DNA of 64,000 nt from Macrostomum lignano. Taxonomy: Eukaryota. The stretch lies in NCBI GenBank assembly GCA_002269645.1, contig NIVC01002468.1:62001-126000 (forward strand). The letters run 5' to 3'. Below are positions 56,264 to 64,000 of the stretch, piece after piece (the stretch's first letter is position 1; every line of letters starts with the position of its first letter). The notes beneath the pieces were generated by a model. It worked only from the letters and a program-made list of their open reading frames with translations. It made no database searches and was not told the DNA's origin. A program made the translations under genes and the position numbers.

Positions 56264-57810
56264 ATGTACCAGAATTGTCTGATTCTATTCAGCGGCACTC
56301 TGCTCATGTTTTATCGGTGTCAGCTGGTTCGCTCCGTCTGCACTCGATCCTACATCGAGGAGCCAGAAAAGCCGTGCAAATTTCCATCGGTGGTCGATTC
56401 CAAAAGCGACTTCGAGTCCGCTATTCGTCAGTGCAGAGGCTCAAGTCCTGATAGGTACTGGTGCCCCACCACGCCAAATTATTGTCGCGACGGACGATTC
56501 GCTTGGTGTCCGGACACGGCTGACACCTTCGGCGGCAACGATCCCGGCCGGGTATGTCAGTTCCCCTTCCGGTACAAAGGGGTCGAGTACCACCACTGCA
56601 CCACTAGAGACACCGGAATAGTGGAGCAATCGTTATTTGACAAACTGTTTGGACAGAAACAATACAAGCCGTCGGGTGAGTGGATCTTCGATGCACGAGT
56701 GAAGCATGATTGCGCGGTAATGGACTTGAAATGTACTTTTGCATGTCTCGGAGATATTCGAATGAACCGCCAGACTAGCTTATCCATCTGTTTCATTTGC
56801 ATTCGAGGCATCAAATCTCCCAGGGATTCGATTCTGTCCATGATACAGAATAGTGCATCCTGCTGTTATCCTACTTAATTGAGTACTTAAAAGCCGGTTT
56901 ATGTGACTAGAAAGATGCACTAGACGAGACGAGATTTCCACACATTCTTTCTACTCGTAGATAATCAAGTTCTGCCCCAAGTTCCTTTGACTCAATCTAA
57001 ATTTATGCAAACCAGCTTGCACTGTCAGATAGTTCACTAGCTATCCTCGTTGCTAAACCTACCAACGCAGAGGCTTATTACTGGTGCTCTACAACACACG
57101 GAAACTACACTGGTCGATGGACAAAATGCCGAACCGACCGGCCGCATCAGCTGCCATGTCACTTCTCGGACGAGGTGTCCGAATGCCAGTGGCAACCGTC
57201 CAGCAATGGCTGGTCCTGTCCAACCGTCGGTGGTCTGACGCGAGCCTGCCCAGAGACGGACACCACTGAGGCGGGAAACGATCCCGGAAGGTCGTGCAGT
57301 TTTCCGTTCAAGTATCGGAGGATTAGCCGCTATAACTGCCTGCGCTACTCGCCCACTAGCGATGCCAGCTATCAATATCAACAGCACAGTCCTGATGACT
57401 ACATGTGGTGCAGCACAACGCCGGATTATGATCGTGACAAACTGTGGACCAGATGCAAACCGCCACCAGAGCCGGTGCATCTTCGAGGACTTTTGCTACT
57501 ATTGGCAGTGCTAACATCAGTCCTCACGGGAGCCTGTGGTTTAGCTTGCCTGATGTACTGCCTGTGTGATCGAACGCGCCTGCTCTGCAATTGGCTTCGG
57601 AGGCGTCTTTGCCTGAGGCGGAGCACCGTTGAGATGGCCACGTTGGACTGCAAACGGAACGAGATGCAACTGACGCCTACTGCTCCGCCGCCGTCTTCTT
57701 CACCGCTAGAGTCATCGACATCGCAGCCGCCAAGCTACGATGAAGTGATGCAACTGAGCTTACACCAGCAGTCAGAAATAATTATGCAACAGACGTGCAT
57801 GGGAGATTAA
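56264..57810 (+). CDS. Type-I membrane protein with fibronectin type II repeats, 2 exons (56264-56675, 57071-57810), 383 aa
   Basis: Signal peptide. A phase-1 GT-AG intron joins CQFPFRYKGVEYHHCTT... to ...YWCSTT...GRWTKC, completing an FN2 domain. A second full FN2 (CSFPFKY...MWCSTTPDYDRDKLWTRC) and two degenerate ones. TM helix LLLLLAVLTSVLTGACGLACLMYCL. Tail contains PTAP and PPSY. Confidence 0.85.
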
Positions 57811-57912
57811 CTGCTGGGGAAACATGACTATGTATGTACTTTCTATGCATACATGCACATTGTAACTTATTCATAGTGTAAATTATGTTTACTGGCCACT
57901 CTGCCTTTACTG

Positions 57913-58650
57913 ATCAACTCTGGGTGTTGATAATCAACAACTTTGTCACTCTATGTACGCATCACAACTCTGTGGGTGTTGATAATCAACAACTTTGTCA
58001 CTCTATGTACGCATCACAACTCTGTGGGTGTTGATAATCAACAACTTTGTCACTCTATGTACGCATCACAACTCTGTGGGTGTTGATAATCAACAACTTT
58101 GTCACTCTATGTACGCATCACAACTCTGTGGGTGTTGATAATCAACTCTGTCACTCTATGTACATTCCAAAACTCTGTGGGTGTTGATAATCAACAACTT
58201 TGTCACTCTATGTACGCATCACAACTCTGTGGGTGTTGATAATCAACAACTTTGTCACTCTATGTACGCATCACAACTCTGTGGGTGTTGATAATCAACA
58301 ACTTTGTCACTCTATGTACGCATCACAACTCTGTGGGTGTTGATAATCAACAACTTTGTCACTCTATGTACGCATCACAACTCTGTGGGTGTTGATAATC
58401 AACAACTTTGTCACTCTATGTACGCATCACAACTCTGTGGGTGTTGATAATCAACAACTTTGTCACTCTATGTACGCATCACAACTCTGTGGGTGTTGAT
58501 AATCAACTCTGTCACTCTATGTACATTCCAAAACTCTGTGGGTGTTGATAATCAACTTAATTTGTCACTTAATGTACGCATCACAACTCTGGGTGTTGAT
58601 AATCAACTCTGTCACTCTATGTATGCATCACAACTCTGTGGGTGTTGACT
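57913..58650. repeat. 52-bp minisatellite with an internal palindrome
   Basis: Unit CTCTGTGGGTGTTGATAATCAACAACTTTGTCACTCTATGTACGCATCACAA, about 14 copies; contains TGTTGA-TAA-TCAACA. Confidence 0.95.
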
Positions 58651-59354
58651 GTAAACTTGTTCACTCTGCGTTCATTGATCAAGTCTGTGGGTCTGTTATT
58701 TAACTTGGTCATTCTCTGTGCACTCAAGATAACGACAAGCAGAATGGAAAGTTAAAATCGATGAAAACTGCAGTAAAACAGGGTAATAATTAGGGCTTTA
58801 GGTGAGTAAGGTGAGTGAGATCGGATACTGCTCAAATTCTGGAGCTGAAATCCCTATGCACTCTGTTTGTCAATGTTGAGTATACATGTATGGCTCTGCA
58901 TCCTAAACCTTTCGCGAAGCCTAATCTTCTGGCTGTGCCGTAAGCTTAGAGTAGCTGCTGAGCAACTTGAAGAAACATCAATAGCTAGCCACTAAAAGGT
59001 GCCTGAGCACTTAATGCTAACTCACGCAGCTAAAAATGTTTCTATAGCGAAAGGTGATTGCTTCCTTTTTAGATTGGCCTCAGCTGTTTTCTGTTGAGTT
59101 AAAAATCATAGTAGGGCAACCGCATAGAAAGTCTTGCGCGCGCTTCAATTTCGGTTCAACGAGGCGAAAACAGGAGCGAAAAGATAATTGCACGACTGAG
59201 TGAGCAGCTGCTCACAGCCTGGGGCTTTTTCTTAGGCGCATACGAGTGCTCTTAGCTGCCTTATATTTTCTTCAGTGGCTCGCGTATCTTTGCTGATACT
59301 TGTTCAATAAGCGATCGTTGAACTTACGAAGGGGACTGTCTGAAGTTCTAATAA

Positions 59355-60595
59355 CGCAAAGTTGAGCTCTAGTGACGCAAAGTTGAGCTCTAGTGATGCA
59401 AAGTTGAGCTCTAGTGACGCAAAGTTGATTTCTAGTGACGCAAAGTTGAGCTCTAGTGACGCAAAGTTGAGCTCTAGTGACGCAAAGTTGATTTCTAGTG
59501 ACGCAAAGTTGAGCTCTAGTGACGCAAAGTTGAGCTCTAGTGACGCAAAGTTGAGCTCTAGTGACGCAAAGTTGAGCTCTACTGACGCAAAGTTGAGCTC
59601 TAGTGACGCAAAGTTGAGCTCTAGTGACGCAAAGTTGAGCTCTAGTGACGCAAATTTGAGCTCTAGTGACGCAAAGTTGAGCTCTAGTGACGCAAAGTTG
59701 AGCTCTAGTGACGCAAAGTTGAGCTCTAGTGACGCAAAGTTGAGCTCTAGTGACGCAAAGTTGAGCTCTAGTGACGCTAAGTTGAGTTCTAGTGACGCAA
59801 AGTTGAGCTCTAGTGACGCTAAGTTGAGCTCTAGTGACGCTATGTTGAGTTCTAGTGACGCAAAGTTAAGCTCTAGTGACGTTATGTTGATTTCTAGTGA
59901 CGCAAAGTTGAGCTCTAGTGACGCAAAGTTGAGCTCTAGTGACGCAAAGTTGAGCTCTAGTGACGCTAAGTTGATTTCTACTGACGCAAAGTTGAGCTCT
60001 AGTGACGCTATGTTGATTTCTAGTGACGCTAAGTTGAGCTCTAGTGACGCAAAGTTGAGCTCTACTGACGCAAAGTTGAGCTCTAGTGACGCTATGTTGA
60101 TTTCTAGTGACGCTAAGTTGAGCTCTAGTGACGCAAAGTTGAGCTCTACTGACGCAAAGTTGAGCTCTAGTGACGCAAAGTTGAGCTCTAGTGACGCAAA
60201 GTTGAGCTCTAGTGACGCAAAGTTGAGCTCTAGTGACGCAAAGTTGAGCTCTAGTGACGCAAAGTTGAGCTCTAGTGACGCAAAGTTGAGCTCTATAGAC
60301 GCAAAGTTGAGCTCTAGTGACGCAAAGTTGAGCTCTATAGACGCAAAGTTGATTTCTAGTGACGCAAAATTAAGTTCTAGTTCTAGTGACGCTTAGTTGA
60401 TTTTTAGTGACGCAAAGTTGAGTTCTTGTGACGCAAAATTAAGTTCTAGTTCTAGTGATGCTTAGTTGATTTTTAGTGACGCAAAGTTGATTTCTAGTGA
60501 CGCTAAGTTGAGTTCTAGTGACACTTAGTTGATTTCTAGTGACGCTAGGTTGATGTTTAGCTAGTGACGCAAAGTTGATTTCTAATGATGCTAGG
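59355..60595. repeat. 21-bp minisatellite
   Basis: Unit GTTGAGCTCTAGTGACGCAAA, about 55 copies. Confidence 0.96.
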
Positions 60596-61795
60596 TTTTG
60601 ATTTAATGGCGTTAACTGTAGTTGCTTTTTGAAGAATAGCTAGTTTCGATCACTGTCGATAATCAGAGGAACAGAGGACGCAAGTAATTGCATGTAGCTA
60701 ACTGCATTACGCTACACACGTACAAGTACACCCACTGACATGTACACAACCCTGACTTTATCGTTAGGCAGTGTACAGTACCTACACATTCTGGGATATT
60801 TTCAGTAGTGGCGTCGCACAACAGGACAAGCGATTCTTATTTCCATTTAGGTAATGGTGATTCATACGTGCAGTATATTGTGAACATGTAACAACGTTAT
60901 TCTTCTCGTCTTTCTCATAAGGAAATGTTTCTCTCATCTCCTCTTTCTCAAAGAGTAACTATGGAGCCGGGCATACACCAGAACTAGATAATTGAAGTGT
61001 CTCTCCTAGTGAAATCTCATTTATTCCTTTCATTAGGAGCTGGCAGAGGCAGACGCTATATACACGATCGAGCTTTGAAGCTGAGTTGCTGTGAGTTCGA
61101 ATCAAACCGCTGGATGCTGGCAGTTTGCCGGGGGGGGGGGCAGGGAGTCAAGAAACAAGAACTTGCGCGGAGTTCTTATCCACAGGAGGGGCAGATAGGA
61201 GTGGAGTGGAAAAAGACGGGGATTTTCTATGGCTTCTGACTTTTTCAGAAGCCGATCAGAAGCTTTGGATCAGTTTGATTGGGGAATGGATTTGAAAAAA
61301 TACTGCCCTGAAAAAGTACATGTTGTAGCAGGGATATGAGCGCGCGTATGAGATGGGCTTTATACACAATGGCAAAAAATAAAACAAAAGTAAATGATAA
61401 CATTGAAATTGAAGTTACAAAAATTAGGCGAATAATACAATACGATAACGTACATTTCTTGAAAGTTCAACACTGCCTTCTAAACAAGAAGCACAATATG
61501 TGACACAATTATCAAAATCAGAAAAACACGATGGTACGTCTGATGATCACGACGCCACTAAGCAAACTCGTACCGAAAGCACTTGCAATTGCAAATGCGA
61601 AAATTGCTCTATTATTGCCCGTTCTTACTATCAAATTCACATTCTTTTCTGTGTTAATTGCGGCTTACAATTTTTGCGACGTAATTTCTAAGCAATTGAC
61701 TGGTAACACAATCGCAATTTGAATGCAAGTTTTTATGTTAAACATGGCGCGTTTAATTATTTATAATTGCAAACCGCATAAAGACGTCGCTTTTA

Positions 61796-63568
61796 CACCA
61801 ACGTAAAGTTAGCCGCATGCCCAGCCTCACATTTTTTAAAACAGCTTGGTCCACCCGTGGAAATGACTTAAATCAAAAGTTTTTCGCTAGACTAGCTTGG
61901 TCCAGAGGGTTTCAGACCTTCCCAAAGTAAAGCCTTGGTTCTAGACACAAAATAAAATTCATCAAAGCCGGAAAAATGCGGCTGGACCATGGGCTGGAAT
62001 CCCGAGAGTGTAGGATACGCTGAAAGTCTGGTCCACTTGCGGAATCTCGATTTCCTATCTATTTTGCATATTTTGGTACACGTTTGAGGCAAATCGGTTG
62101 GATAACAAAAATTCTACAGGCCTCCAAAGTTCGGAATTCTAACAAATTGGAACATTTCCCTTTCTGTGGCTTACGGAGGGTTACAAAATCTTGGTCCACA
62201 AAAGGAATATGAAACTACTACATCTGTTCTTTGATTTGACATAAGAAATGACCGTCTACACTCCTGTATTGCTGAGATATAGCCGCATGAACAATGTACC
62301 GTCAGTTGAGCACATTGTAAAAAATAATCGTAAACGCATTAAACGCATTAAAACGCATTTTCGTGCGCGAAAAAAGAAAAAAAATTTAATAAAGCATGCG
62401 CCATTTTGATTGCTTAAATTAATTTCGAATGCCATTGGCATTTCAAATACCAATATATCAAAAACGGTTTGTCTTTACTGTTATTTTTCATATTTAGTCC
62501 AAATTTATAAAATAGATGTAGCTATACCAAATGGAAGAAAAATACAATACCAAAATACCAAGCTTTGTAGTAAGCATTAGACAGTAAGTTTAGTTTAAAA
62601 GCTATAGTGTAGCCAGTGGAAAAAAGCACAAGCCCATTGTGCCTGTGTTTATAGGACTCTAAGTAGGCTAGTTTATTAAATATTTCTGACAGGGCTCTAG
62701 AGACATTTGTTTACTGTGGCAGTGTGAAAATATTTATAAAGCAAGATATAGAAAGAAATACAAAATGTCTAATGGAACCAATAGACATTACAAACTAATT
62801 GTTTTATTATGGCTTTATTACTTTGAGTTTGAGTAGCCTATATTCATAAGAAATTATTATTGGGATTTTTATACCCTCCTACACTTACTTTCTTAAAAGA
62901 CAATATTTGGAATAAAATCTAATTAATTTATTATATAGAAATTAATTTAAGCAATCAAAATGGCGCATGCTTTATTAAATTTTTTTTCTTTTTTCGCGCA
63001 CGAAAATGCGTTTTAATGCGTTTAATGCGTTTACGATTATTTTTTACAATGTGCTCAACTGACGGTACATTGTTCATGCGGCTATATCTCAGCAATACAG
63101 GAGTGTAGACGGTCATTTCTTATGTCAAATCAAAGAACAGATGTAGTAGTTTCATATTCCTTTTGTGGACCAAGATTTTGTAACCCTCCGTAAGCCACAG
63201 AAAGGGAAATGTTCCAATTTGTTAGAATTCCGAACTTTGGAGGCCTGTAGAATTTTTGTTATCCAACCGATTTGCCTCAAACGTGTACCAAAATATGCAA
63301 AATAGATAGGAAATCGAGATTCCGCAAGTGGACCAGACTTTCAGCGTATCCTACACTCTCGGGATTCCAGCCCATGGTCCAGCCGCATTTTTCCGGCTTT
63401 GATGAATTTTATTTTGTGTCTAGAACCAAGGCTTTACTTTGGGAAGGTCTGAAACCCTCTGGACCAAGCTAGTCTAGCGAAAAACTTTTGATTTAAGTCA
63501 TTTCCACGGGTGGACCAAGCTGTTTTAAAAAATGTGAGGCTGGGCATGCGGCTAACTTTACGTTGGTG
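61796..63568. mobile_element. Young non-autonomous foldback DNA element with 631-bp inverted arms, superfamily unassigned
   Basis: Arms 61796-62426 and 62938-63568 are reverse complements with no mismatch seen by eye; 511-bp AT-rich spacer. Flanking direct repeat CTTTTA (extendable to GCTTTTAC). Confidence 0.9.
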
Positions 63569-64000
63569 CTTTTACGAGCTATTTTAAGCCTCGGATGTCG
63601 ATCAATTAATTTTAATTGCAATTTGCTCATTGAAACATCAAACAACTCAAACATACGCTCGTATAGCCAGTCGCGATCGTACCACAAAAATAGGTGACCG
63701 GACATTTCGTCAACCGGCATTTCGTCAACCAGACATTACGGCAACTCAGCAAATTGTAGCTGATTATTATATCTGCACCAGCCAGAGAATATGAGAAGTG
63801 GTAATGCGATTTCAAATTTGTTTAAAACTTCTTGGAAGTAAATTTTCGTAGAAACGTTCGGTCCTCAATGGTGTCGCAATACTCGCACCATGGTACATGA
63901 ACACCATGCACATGGTTTCAATATTTTCTATGATAACATTTAAAAACTTAAACTTAAATATGTTAACGTTAACGGCTAACATGACGGACGAACTAATTTT

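Noticed and set aside
57913-58650. CRISPR-like appearance of the palindromic 52-bp array (also the 126-bp array at 20695)
   Set aside because: Units are contiguous and near-identical with no unique spacers, there are no cas genes, and the context is eukaryotic.
59362-60396. 344-aa LSSSDAK heptad ORF, and similar repeat ORFs at 39241-39693, 49048-49650, 23307-24331 and 20761-21702
   Set aside because: Pure minisatellite translation with no unique coding flanks, signal peptide or authentic start. An adhesive or structural-protein exon cannot be fully excluded without RNA data, but nothing supports it.
63695-63745. Short CATTTCGTCAACC tandem resembling a foldback-MITE arm
   Set aside because: Only 2-3 units, and no partner arm or TSD within the window.

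Overview
Repeat-rich metazoan genomic DNA with spliceosomal GT-AG introns and a TTAGGG-type motif. The minisatellite-filled introns recall the flatworm Macrostomum, but that taxon assignment is inference only. Seven protein-coding genes can be built by hand. Two are intronless paralogous Cys-loop (nAChR-like) cation-channel subunits (481-1770 and 14360-15667) that have lost most of the acetylcholine-binding aromatic box; each is bracketed by conserved RFX X-box motifs, and the pair shows patchwork identity suggestive of gene conversion. Three co-oriented minus-strand housekeeping genes follow: alanine-glyoxylate aminotransferase (5 exons), HPF1 (3 exons) and cullin-5 (6 exons), and 10 of their 11 introns hold a tandem repeat, a different one in each. 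The last two are a probably N-myristoylated orphan protein (52632-53949) and a type-I membrane protein with MMP-2/9-like fibronectin type II repeats and a tail carrying both PTAP and PPxY motifs (56264-57810). The stretch from about 37.6 to 52 kb is a transposon field (MULE-like and hAT MITEs, a dead mariner, a tRNA-derived SINE, a Kolobok-like element disrupted by an RTE-like LINE, an RNase H LINE tail, and a foldback whose arm has expanded into a satellite). A very young 1.77-kb foldback element with 631-bp inverted arms lies at 61796-63568. Most long ORFs in the supplied track are translations of tandem repeats. No rRNA, functional tRNA or CRISPR array was recognised. All alignments and counts were done by eye.
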